NCBI GenBank assembly: GCA_038203955.1 | Contig: JBBRDK010000007.1 | Coordinates: 299 to 64,298 of the forward strand | DNA: 64,000 nt | Reading direction: 5' to 3' | Origin: Thermoanaerobaculia bacterium | GTDB taxonomy: Bacteria; Acidobacteriota; Thermoanaerobaculia; UBA5066; Gp7-AA6 | In this document: one piece after another, positions 25,877-34,362 of the stretch | How the letters are laid out: every line of letters starts with the position of its first letter | Position numbering within the stretch: the first letter of the stretch is position 1 | Notes under the pieces: model-generated | Told to the model about the DNA's origin: nothing | Databases searched by the model: none | What the model saw: only the letters and a program-made list of their open reading frames with translations | Translations under genes and position numbers: made by a program

Positions 25877-28800
25877 TCAGTCCTCGCTGAACCTCTCCGG
25901 CTCCGGCAGGATCCGCAGCGTCGTCTTCTGCGAGGCGTTTCCCGAGCGGATCTGGACGGAGTAAGTCCCCGGCGGGAGATACCGCTTGCGGGTCGCCCGC
26001 AGAGGATCCTCCAGCAGCCGGAAGAGGTCCGGATCGAGGGGCCTCTTCGGGCCCGCGGCGGGCTTCTCCTCGTCGGGTTTCGGAGGCTCCGCGTCGTCAT
26101 CCGCGTCGGTGGCCGCCGCAGGGGGCGCGGGAACGGGCGGGGGCGCGGCGTCCCCGGGCTTGACGGCCGCCAGCGCTTTTTCGCGGGCCTTCGCTTCCGC
26201 GGCGTCCGCGAGCTTCGGGTCCGCGGAGAGGTCGTACTCGATCACGTTGAATCCGGACGCGGGCGGACCGGCGAGCTCCTTCCAGGGACTCCCGTTCTCG
26301 TCCTGGATCGAGAGGGAAACGGGCTGGCCGGTCTTCGACCACCACGCGATGCGGACCGCCGGGTCGTCCCGGCCCCACGTGAAATACGGGTGGTCGCCGT
26401 AGCCTTTTCGCGCGGAGAGCTTGAGCGACTTGATCGGAAAGGCGACGAGCGGATCGGCCGGCGGGCCGTCTTTCATGCGGCGCAGAGGCGCGGCCTCGGC
26501 GACGTAGACGCTGCGTCCGTGGGTCGCGACCACGAGATCGCCCTCCCGCGGCTGCACCGCCACGTCGTGCACGCCCACCCTCGGCAGGCCTCCCGAAAGG
26601 GCCGTCCACGTCGCGCCGCGGTTGAGGGACGCGAAGACCCCGCCGTCGGTCCCGACGTAGAGAAGGTGCCTCGCTTTCGGATCTTCCCGGACCGTATTGA
26701 TCGGCTCGGCGGGAAGCCCGCCCGCCAGCGACTGCCAGGTCTTTCCGAAATCGGTCGAGCGGAAAAGGTACGCGCCGAAGTCGTCATCGCGGTAGCCGTT
26801 CTGCGCCACGTAAACGGTGCCCTCGTCGAAGGCGGACGCGACGACGCGGGTCACCCACTTGTCGCGCGCCATCCCTCTGGAGAGATCCGCCCAGGTGTTG
26901 CCGCCGTCCCGCGACCCCCACACGCGTCCCTCGTCCGTCCCCACGAAAAGGACGCCGAACCTCTTGGGCGATTCCGCGATGGAGGTAATGGTCCCGAAGG
27001 GAACGTCTCCCTGCCCGCGGTTCGAGGTCAGGTCCTCGGAGATCGCCGTCCACGTGTCGCCGCGGTCGAACGACCGGTACAGGCGGTTCGTTCCGTAATA
27101 CAGGATCTCGCGCGAATGGGGGGAAAGCAGAAACGGCGTGACCCAGTTGTAGCGGAGCGGCTTTTCCTTTTTCGCCGCCGAGAGCTCCGGCCGGGGCCGA
27201 AGCCGCTGCCTCTCGCCCGTCTTCAAGTTGATCCGGCCGGACGATCCGAACTGCCCCGCGGCGTAGATGATGTTGCCGTCCTTCGGGTCGATGACGACGC
27301 AGCTGCCGTCGCCCCCCCAGATCGACTTCCAGGCCTGGGGATCGGTCTTGCCGGGGCGGTACGTCGACGGCCCCCGCATCACGCCGTTGTCCTGCAGTCC
27401 GCCCACGATGTTGTACGGCTCGGCGTCGTCCACCGCGAGCGTCGTGAACTGTCCGACCGGGATGTTGTTCAGCTTCGTCCAGGTCTCGCCACCGTCGGCG
27501 GACATGTTGATCCCGCCGTCGTTGCCGATGACGACGCGCGACGGAGTCTTCGGGTCGATGAAGATCGCGTGATGGTCGCCGTGAACGCCGCGCTGGTCGA
27601 TGCCCTTGAAAGTCTTTCCCCCGTCGGTCGAAGCGACCATCGGGACCCCGCCGATGTAGATGTGATCGGGGTTGGAGGGGTCCGCGGCGATGCGCGCGAA
27701 GTAGTACCCGTAGGAGTAGAAGACCTTCTCGATCCGGCCGGCGTGCGTCTTCTTCCAGCTCGTCCCGCCGTCGTCGGTGCGATAGACCTCGAGCCCGACG
27801 ACCTCGTTCTCGAAGAGGTCCCGGTTGCTGTCCTTGAGGTACGCCAGCAGGTCGGCGACCGTGACCTTGCCGGCGGCCACGTCCTTCTTGAGCCTCGCGG
27901 CCTTCAGCGTCTTCGGAAAATCGTTGCGCTGGAGAAACCGCGAGACCGTGGCGTCGTCCAGCCGCGAGAAGGTCTCCGGGGTGAGCACCTTCAGCCGGCG
28001 CGGCGTCAGGTCGCCGGGGGGCGCCTCCTCGTCCAACGGCTCCGCGTCGGGCCGGAACGCCTGATTGTCGAGCACGGCGTAGAGGGTGTCGGGGCGCGAC
28101 GCCGCGATCGCGAGGCCGATGCGCCCGAGGGTCGCGCCGGAGGGCAGGGATCCCGTAAGGCGCTTCCACGTCCCGCCGCCGTCGGCCGATTTCCAGACGC
28201 CGCTCCCCGGCCCGCTTTCGAGAAAGTTCGCCGCCGTTCGCGCGCGCTCCCACGTCGCCGCGTAGACGACGTCCGGGTTGCGGGGGTCGGCCACGAGGTC
28301 GATGGCGCCCGTCCGATCGTCGACGAAGAGAGTCCGCGACCAGGTGCGTCCGCCGTCGGTCGTACGATAGACGCCGCGCTCCGAATTCTCCGTGTAGAGG
28401 TGGCCCATCGCGGCGACGAGCACGGTCTCCGGGCTTCGCGGATCGACCACGATGCGCGCGATGTGGTGCGTGTCCGTAAGGCCCAGGCTCTGCCACGACC
28501 GGCCGGCGTCCGTCGTCTTGTACATGCCGGTGCCCGCGTACGACGTGCGGCTCGAGTTTGCCTCGCCCGTGCCCACGTAGATCGTCCGGGCGTCTCCATC
28601 CGCCAGGGCGAACGCGCCGATCGTCAGCGTAGGCTGCGAGTCGAAGAGAGCGGTCCAGGTTCCCCCGCGGTTGTCCGTTCGCCACAGCCCTCCCGACGCA
28701 AACGCGACGACGAGCGAGTCGGGGTAATTCGAGGGCGCGGCGAGTTCCACCACCCGTCCTCCCTGGATCTCGGGTCCGACGTTTCGGAACTTGAGCGCGT

Positions 28801-29128
28801 TGAAAATCGACGCCTTCTCCATTGCGTCGCGCTGCGAGGCGGCCCGGGCGCGGGCGGCGGCATCCGTCCCCGTGCGGCGGGGGTGGAAGCGGCGCCGCTC
28901 CTCTTCCTTCGATAGCGGCTTGGCCTCTTCCCGGGGCAGTGGCTTCGCCGCTTCCCGGGGAAGTCGCTTGACCTCTTCCCGGGGCAGTGGCTTCGCCGCT
29001 TCCTCGGGCAGTCGCTGGGCCGCCTCTCCGGTTTTCGCGGGCGGCTTGTCCTGCGCCCTTACCGCGAGCGGCGACGCCAGAGCGGCCCAGAGCAACAGCC
29101 GCACCGAAGCCCTCAGGGTCTTGCGCAC
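25877..29128 (-). CDS. Sortilin/VPS10-like BNR (Asp-box) repeat protein, secreted
   Basis: 1083 aa with a signal peptide. Many SxDxGxTW Asp-boxes (TDNRGGTWT, TTDAGRSWQ, TTDGGRTWS, SADGGGTWK, STDGGKTFK, SADGGETWT, SRDGGNTWA, STDFGKTWQ). Confidence 0.85.
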   Translation of the reverse strand: MRKTLRASVRLLLWAALASPLAVRAQDKPPAKTGEAAQRLPEEAAKPLPREEVKRLPREAAKPLPREEAKPLSKEEERRRFHPRRTGTDAAARARAASQRDAMEKASIFNALKFRNVGPEIQGGRVVELAAPSNYPDSLVVAFASGGLWRTDNRGGTWTALFDSQPTLTIGAFALADGDARTIYVGTGEANSSRTSYAGTGMYKTTDAGRSWQSLGLTDTHHIARIVVDPRSPETVLVAAMGHLYTENSERGVYRTTDGGRTWSRTLFVDDRTGAIDLVADPRNPDVVYAATWERARTAANFLESGPGSGVWKSADGGGTWKRLTGSLPSGATLGRIGLAIAASRPDTLYAVLDNQAFRPDAEPLDEEAPPGDLTPRRLKVLTPETFSRLDDATVSRFLQRNDFPKTLKAARLKKDVAAGKVTVADLLAYLKDSNRDLFENEVVGLEVYRTDDGGTSWKKTHAGRIEKVFYSYGYYFARIAADPSNPDHIYIGGVPMVASTDGGKTFKGIDQRGVHGDHHAIFIDPKTPSRVVIGNDGGINMSADGGETWTKLNNIPVGQFTTLAVDDAEPYNIVGGLQDNGVMRGPSTYRPGKTDPQAWKSIWGGDGSCVVIDPKDGNIIYAAGQFGSSGRINLKTGERQRLRPRPELSAAKKEKPLRYNWVTPFLLSPHSREILYYGTNRLYRSFDRGDTWTAISEDLTSNRGQGDVPFGTITSIAESPKRFGVLFVGTDEGRVWGSRDGGNTWADLSRGMARDKWVTRVVASAFDEGTVYVAQNGYRDDDFGAYLFRSTDFGKTWQSLAGGLPAEPINTVREDPKARHLLYVGTDGGVFASLNRGATWTALSGGLPRVGVHDVAVQPREGDLVVATHGRSVYVAEAAPLRRMKDGPPADPLVAFPIKSLKLSARKGYGDHPYFTWGRDDPAVRIAWWSKTGQPVSLSIQDENGSPWKELAGPPASGFNVIEYDLSADPKLADAAEAKAREKALAAVKPGDAAPPPVPAPPAAATDADDDAEPPKPDEEKPAAGPKRPLDPDLFRLLEDPLRATRKRYLPPGTYSVQIRSGNASQKTTLRILPEPERFSED
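28919..29014. repeat. In-CDS tandem repeat, 2 x 48 nt (4 x 24 nt), encoding (K/R)xLPRE(E/A)xK octapeptides
   Basis: cttggcctcttcccggggcagtggcttcgccgcttcccggggaagtcg / cttgacctcttcccggggcagtggcttcgccgcttcctcgggcagtcg. Lies in the linker after the signal peptide. Confidence 0.8.
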
Positions 29129-29235
29129 GCGGCCTCCTGTTTTGGAAGCGCGAATGTTATCCGAGCGCGGCGGATAGGGGCGGGGCCAAACTTCGAGACG
29201 CCCGCCGCGTAGAATCCAGCAGTGGAAGAGGCCCG

Positions 29236-31437
29236 ATGAGCGTCGAGCCGCGGGAACGGGCGGGGGCCGCGCCGGCGGCGCCGCGCGCTGCAGACTTTTC
29301 GCTGGCGGGCCGGATCGTGCAGCCCGCGTTGAATCGGGTCGTTTCCGCGCTCGGTCCCGCGACGCTGGAGCCGAAGGTCATGAGCGTGCTCCTCCTGCTC
29401 GCGTCGCGGCCCGGCCAGGTCGTCACGAAAGAGGAGCTCTTCCGGGAGGTCTGGGACAGCGCCTTCGTGACCGAGGACGTTCTGACCCGGGCGATCGGGG
29501 AGCTGCGGCGCGCGTTCGGCGACATGGCTTCCGCGCCGCGGGTGATCGAGACGATCCGCAAGTCCGGTTACCGCCTGATCGCGCCGGTCGAGCCGGCCAG
29601 CCTGATCGCGCCCGCTAGCGTGGACATGCCGGCCAGTCTCGCCGCGCCGGAACAGCGGGCGGCGCCGAAATCGGGCCCCTCCGCGGCCGGCGCCGGGGCG
29701 TCTCTTCCCGAACCTCGGGGAGCGCGCCGGCAAACCTGGCCGATTCGCGCCGCGCTCGTGGCGGCGCTCGGCGGCGCGGCGCTCGTCGTCGCGCTGCGCC
29801 GGCTGCCCTCGCCCGCGCCGGCGATGCGCGTGCGGCCGCTGACGACCACGCCCGGTGACGAGCGGGATCCCGCCGTATCTCCCGACGGAAGCCGCGTCGC
29901 GTTCGCGTGGAACGGCGGCGCGGGGGAGGCGCACAGCCTCTACGTGCAGATGGTCGACGGCGACACGCCGCTGCGTCTGACGACCGCATCCGGATTCGAG
30001 GACCGCACGCCCGCCTGGTCGCCCGACGGGCAGCGGATCGCGTTCACCCGGTCCCGCGGGTCCGACTGCCGGATCCTGATCGTGTCCGCGCTCGGCGGCG
30101 CCGAGCGCCCGCTCGCGCCCTGCGGCGATCCCGACTACCGCCGGCTCGCCTGGTCCCCCGACGGCCGGTGGCTCGCCCTGCCGGTGCGGGACGCTTCGTC
30201 CTCTTCCCTCCGGATCGAGCTGCTCTCTCCCGACACGCTCGAGCGCCGACGCGTGACCGCGCCTCCCCCCGGTCTCCTCGGCGACACGTCTCCCGCGTTC
30301 TCTCCCGACGGGCGCGAGATCGCCTTCTCCCGCAACGTGACGGACGGCGTCGGCGACATCTACCGCGCCTCGCTGCAGGGCGGAGATCCCGTCCGTCTGA
30401 CGCGGGACGACCGCGACCTGATGGGGCTCGAGTGGGCGCCGGATGGACGGAGCCTTCTTTTTTCTTCGAGCCGCGCCGGCATTTACAGCGTCTGGCGGGT
30501 CAAGGCTACAGGCGGAACGCCGACGTTCGTCGCCGGCGGAGGAGCCAAGATGAAGCACCCCTCCGTCGCCCGGAGCCGAAACCTCATGGCCTACGAGAGC
30601 TGGACCTATGAGGTCGGGCTCTGGAGCGTCCCGACCTCGGCCGGCGCCGCTCCCTTTCGCCTGACGTCGGCGGCGGACGAATGGGATTTCGAGCCGCACG
30701 TCTCGCCCGACGGCCGGCGGGTCGCCTTCGTGTCGACGCGCTCAGGAAGCCACGAGATCTGGGTCGTCGGAGAGAGCGGAGGATCGCCCGTGCGGATCAC
30801 CTCTTTCCGGGGCGCCCGCCTCGAGAGTCCGCGGTGGTCCCCCGACGGCCGCCGGCTCATCTTCTCCGCGCGGGAGGGCGTCCGCGCCCGGCTCTACACG
30901 ATAGCGTCGTCGGGAGGAGTCGCGCAGGCGCTGCCGACCGGCGATGCCGACGCCGTGGCACCGTCCTGGTCCCACGACGGCCGGGCGGTCTTTTTCGCGT
31001 CGCGGCGCTCCGGCGCGTCACGCGTCTGGCGGCTGGACCTGGCGACGGGCGCTCTCACGGCCTCCACGGGCGACGGCGGCTACGCCGCGCAGGAGGCGGC
31101 GGACGGCTCCGCGCTCTTCTACACGCGCGCCGACGCCTCCGGAATATGGAAGCAGGCCGGTGCCGCCGCCCCGGAGCGCGTCGTCGCGTCCCTCGCGCCG
31201 GAGGACTGGGCCAACTGGCAGGTGACGGCGGCGGGCCTCTACTATCGCGAGCTCTGCGGAGACCATCCGGACCCGGGAGTCGTCTTTCTCCCGTTCGGCG
31301 GCGCCGCGACCCATGTCGCGTCGCTCCCCGCGCAGGGCTGGCCGGGCTTCTCGGTCAGCGCCGACGGAAAGACCCTGGTCTACCCGCGCGTCGAACGCCA
31401 CACGTGCGATCTGAGGATCATCGAAAACCCGAGTTGA
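29236..31437 (+). CDS. CadC/OmpR-type winged-helix DNA-binding domain, a TM segment, and a TolB-like (PD40) beta-propeller
   Basis: Start at ATG 29236 (MSVEPRERAG). wHTH VVTKEELFREVWDSAFVTEDVLTRAIGELRRAF...IETIRKSGYRL, TM IRAALVAALGGAALVVAL, then repeated SPDG(R/S) motifs. Confidence 0.8.
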   Translation: MSVEPRERAGAAPAAPRAADFSLAGRIVQPALNRVVSALGPATLEPKVMSVLLLLASRPGQVVTKEELFREVWDSAFVTEDVLTRAIGELRRAFGDMASAPRVIETIRKSGYRLIAPVEPASLIAPASVDMPASLAAPEQRAAPKSGPSAAGAGASLPEPRGARRQTWPIRAALVAALGGAALVVALRRLPSPAPAMRVRPLTTTPGDERDPAVSPDGSRVAFAWNGGAGEAHSLYVQMVDGDTPLRLTTASGFEDRTPAWSPDGQRIAFTRSRGSDCRILIVSALGGAERPLAPCGDPDYRRLAWSPDGRWLALPVRDASSSSLRIELLSPDTLERRRVTAPPPGLLGDTSPAFSPDGREIAFSRNVTDGVGDIYRASLQGGDPVRLTRDDRDLMGLEWAPDGRSLLFSSSRAGIYSVWRVKATGGTPTFVAGGGAKMKHPSVARSRNLMAYESWTYEVGLWSVPTSAGAAPFRLTSAADEWDFEPHVSPDGRRVAFVSTRSGSHEIWVVGESGGSPVRITSFRGARLESPRWSPDGRRLIFSAREGVRARLYTIASSGGVAQALPTGDADAVAPSWSHDGRAVFFASRRSGASRVWRLDLATGALTASTGDGGYAAQEAADGSALFYTRADASGIWKQAGAAAPERVVASLAPEDWANWQVTAAGLYYRELCGDHPDPGVVFLPFGGAATHVASLPAQGWPGFSVSADGKTLVYPRVERHTCDLRIIENPS

Positions 31438-31481
31438 AGGTAAGTTGAGAGTTGAGAGTTGAGAGTTCAGAGTTGAGAGTC
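31431..31481. repeat. Heptamer array GAGTTGA AGGTAAG (TTGAGAG)x3 TTCAGAG TTGAGAG
   Basis: Reverse complement of the array family at 25831-25872. The stop TGA (31435-31437) lies in the first unit. Confidence 0.9.
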
Positions 31482-31525
31482 CGATTCTCCGTCTGAATTT
31501 CCGTTTTCCGCCTCCCCCCTCCCGC

Positions 31526-33694
31526 CTATCCGCGCCCGACGAGGTCCTCTTCGCGTATCGGCAGCTTCCGTATCCGCCGCCCGGTGGCCGCGAAGACGCC
31601 GTTGGCAACTGCCGGGCCGATGGGCGGGACCGGTTGCTCGCCCATCCCGGAGGGTCCGGCGCCGCTCGCGATCAGGTGGGTTTCTACGGAGGGCATTTCT
31701 GAGAGGCGCAGGACCGGGAACTCGCGAAAGGAGTGCTGCTCGACGCGTCCGTTGCGGAACGTGATCTCGGTCTTCAATGCGGCGGAGAGCCCCCACGCGA
31801 TGGCGCCTTCGACCTGCGATTCCGCTCCCGAGAGGTTGATCACCTGACCGCAGTCGGCCGCGCAGACGACCCGGTGAACCCGCACGTCGCCTTCTTTTCC
31901 GACTGACACCTCCGCCACCTGCGCCATGTGGGTCCGCGCGTGGTAAACGTTGGCGGCGATTCCGCGGCCCACTCTCCGGCCGGGAATCGCGCGGAGAGGC
32001 GTCGACCACGAGGCCTTCTCCGCCGCGAGCGCAATCACCGCGGAAAGACGCCGCCGGTCGACCTCTCCCGATCCGATCTTGACGACCTCCGGGCTCTTCA
32101 GGAGGTCCAGCCGAAGCGCGACCGGATCGCGGCTCGAGGCCGCGGCGACTTCGTCCAGGAAAGATTCGCGGGCGAACACCGAAGGCGGGTAGTCGACCGC
32201 GCGCCACGCCCCCGTCGGCACGGGAGATCTCGCCACAGCCGACGCCGCGGAGAGCGCCGGGATCTCGTAGGGGCAGTCGAAGGCGCCCCACGGGTTCTCG
32301 CTGTCCGGGTCCACGTTGCCCTCCTCGTACGGCCCGAACATCGTCAGGTGGAAGCTCGTCATCTTGTGAGACCAGGCGATCAACCGGCCCGCGGGATCGA
32401 GTCCCGCCGACAGGGCGCTTATCGATGCCGGCTGGAACCGATCGTTCTCGAAGTCGTCCCGCCGGGTCCAGACGACCTGGACCGGACGCTTGATCGCGCG
32501 CGAGAGCTCGACCGCCTCCGGGACGTAATCGTGATCCAGCCGCCTTCCAAAACCGCCGCCGAGAAGCGTGACGTGAAGGGTGACGTTCTCGAGCGGGATT
32601 CCCAGCAGCTTCGCCGCCGCGGCCTGGGCTTCGTTCGGCGCCTGCGTCCCGACGCGAATCTCGCAGCGCCCGTCGCGGACGTCGGCGTAGCAATTCATCG
32701 GCTCGACGGGTGCGTGCGCCTGAAACGAGTAGCGATACTCCGCGGAGAGCCGGCGCGCCGAGCCGGCCAGCGCCGCCTCGACGTTTCCCACTTTTCGCGT
32801 CACATGCGCGCGGGCGGAGGCGGCTTCGAGCCGCTTCCAGTACGTCTCGGTCGAATCGGCGCGGTTCTCGCCTTCGTCCCAGTCCACCTTCAGCGCGTCG
32901 CACCCCTTCATCGCCGCCCACGTGTCATTGGCGACGACGGCGATCCCCGTCGAGAGTCGCACCACCTCGCGGACGCCGACGACGGCTTTCGCCGGGGCGG
33001 GATCGAAGCTCCGAGCGCGGCCGCCCGGGACCGGGCACCGGGAGACGACGGCGACGAGCGCGTTCGCGGGGCGGGCGTCGATCCCGTAGACGGCGGTGCC
33101 CCTCGCGATCGCGGGTCCTTCGAGCCGGGGGACGCGCGTCCCGAGCAGGCGATAGTCCTTCGCGTCCTTCAGGCGAGGGTTTTCCGGTACAGGCAGCGTC
33201 ACCGCCACCAGGACCAGCTCGCCGTACGCGAGGGAGCGGCCCGTGGCCGCGTGGACGACCCTGCTCTCCCGCGCGTGGCATTCCGCGGCCGGAACTGACC
33301 ACCGGCGCGCGGCGGCTTCGACCAGCATCTCCCGCGCGGCGGCCCCGGCCACCCGAAGCGCCTTCCAGCAATCCGAGACGCTGCTCGACCCGCTCGTCCG
33401 CATGCCCGGGTATTTCGGTCCCGGGGTCGCATGCTCGAGGACGATCGATTTCCAGTCCGCCTCGAGCTCTTCCGCGAGGATCATCGCGAGCGACGTCCGC
33501 GCGCCCTGTCCCATCTCCGAACGCGGCGCGATCAGCGTGACCCGCCCGTCCGCTCCGACCGTGATCCACTTGTTGGGCTCGAATCGCTTCGGCTTTCCGG
33601 CCGGCGCCTCCTGTGCCAGGACGGGGAGCTTCAGGAGGATCGCGGCCCCTCCGACGACGGCCGTCTGAAAAAACTGACGCCGGGAGGAGCTCAT
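31526..33694 (-). CDS. Molybdopterin-dependent oxidoreductase, IorB/aldehyde-oxidase beta-subunit-like, Tat-exported
   Basis: Start ATG 33694 (ATGA overlap with the 2Fe-2S gene) gives the twin-arginine signal MSSSRRQFFQTAVVGGAAILL. XDH a/b hammerhead and Mo-binding regions. Confidence 0.85.
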   Translation of the reverse strand: MSSSRRQFFQTAVVGGAAILLKLPVLAQEAPAGKPKRFEPNKWITVGADGRVTLIAPRSEMGQGARTSLAMILAEELEADWKSIVLEHATPGPKYPGMRTSGSSSVSDCWKALRVAGAAAREMLVEAAARRWSVPAAECHARESRVVHAATGRSLAYGELVLVAVTLPVPENPRLKDAKDYRLLGTRVPRLEGPAIARGTAVYGIDARPANALVAVVSRCPVPGGRARSFDPAPAKAVVGVREVVRLSTGIAVVANDTWAAMKGCDALKVDWDEGENRADSTETYWKRLEAASARAHVTRKVGNVEAALAGSARRLSAEYRYSFQAHAPVEPMNCYADVRDGRCEIRVGTQAPNEAQAAAAKLLGIPLENVTLHVTLLGGGFGRRLDHDYVPEAVELSRAIKRPVQVVWTRRDDFENDRFQPASISALSAGLDPAGRLIAWSHKMTSFHLTMFGPYEEGNVDPDSENPWGAFDCPYEIPALSAASAVARSPVPTGAWRAVDYPPSVFARESFLDEVAAASSRDPVALRLDLLKSPEVVKIGSGEVDRRRLSAVIALAAEKASWSTPLRAIPGRRVGRGIAANVYHARTHMAQVAEVSVGKEGDVRVHRVVCAADCGQVINLSGAESQVEGAIAWGLSAALKTEITFRNGRVEQHSFREFPVLRLSEMPSVETHLIASGAGPSGMGEQPVPPIGPAVANGVFAATGRRIRKLPIREEDLVGRG

Positions 33695-34158
33695 CGGGCA
33701 CCCCCGGCGGCGCTCGCGCGGGCAACCGCGCGCCGGATGCGCGGATAGCTCCCGCACCGGCAGACGTGCTCCGAGAAAACGGCGTCCACCTCGGCGTCCG
33801 TCGGCCTGGCGGATCTCTCGAGGAGTGCCGCCGCGGCCAGGATCATCCCGGGCTGGCAGTATCCGCACTGGGAGACGTCCTCTTCGAGCCATGCCCGCTG
33901 GCACGGGTGCGATCCGTTGCCGGAGAGCCCCTCGATCGTCGTGAAACGCCGGCCCGCCGCGGCCCGAACCGTCACCTGGCAGGACCGGACCTCCTTACCG
34001 CCTTCGAGGACCGTGCATGCCCCGCAGACGCCCACCCCGCATCCGTACTTGGTCCCGTTCAAGCCGAGCCGGTCGCGCAGGACCCACAGAAGCGGCGTAT
34101 CGGGCTCCACGTCCACTTCCCGGCGCGTCGCGTTGACCGTCAGACGAAACTTGGCCAT
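33691..34158 (-). CDS. (2Fe-2S)-binding small subunit (IorA/CoxS-like)
   Basis: 155 aa with CGVGVCGACTV and CGYCQPG...CRCG cluster motifs. Confidence 0.9.
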   Translation of the reverse strand: MAKFRLTVNATRREVDVEPDTPLLWVLRDRLGLNGTKYGCGVGVCGACTVLEGGKEVRSCQVTVRAAAGRRFTTIEGLSGNGSHPCQRAWLEEDVSQCGYCQPGMILAAAALLERSARPTDAEVDAVFSEHVCRCGSYPRIRRAVARASAAGGAR

Positions 34159-34274
34159 CCGTTACCTCCCGGAGCCGGCAGGCGGCCCCGATGAAGGCTT
34201 ACGGAAAAGCCGGGAGGAAAGTCCCGAGGTTTAGCCGAGGGTTTGGTGAGGAAGGGGGGTTGGGCGCTGGGCGC

Positions 34275-34307
34275 GGCCGTCTCGCTCCCGTCTGTCGCTC
34301 GGCTCCC
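34275..34307 (-). repeat. Partial, inverted copy of the 56-nt element
   Basis: ggccgtctcgctcccgtctgtcgctcggctccc matches the reverse complement of the first 33 nt of the element at 31/33 positions. The hairpin half is absent. Followed by CCGCCTC-type units at 34329-34348. Confidence 0.75.
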
Positions 34308-34362
34308 GTTTCCCGGCCCCGGCTCTGTCCGCCTCCCGCCTGCCGCCTAACCCCCTTCCGTC

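Noticed and set aside
29158-29176. TATCCG-n7-CGGATA dyad in the sortilin / wHTH-TolB divergent spacer as an operator
   Set aside because: Only 6-bp arms, a single occurrence, and no supporting evidence. Noted but not called.
28987-29235. Upstream extension of the wHTH-TolB ORF (track start 28987)
   Set aside because: It overlaps the divergent sortilin-like gene start and is Pro/Ala/Arg-rich. ATG 29236 gives a sensible N-terminus.
31435-31481. TGA-rich arrays as recoding or selenocysteine signals
   Set aside because: I could not identify a SECIS-like structure in the right position, and no selenoprotein family is involved. The TGAs follow bona fide C-termini.
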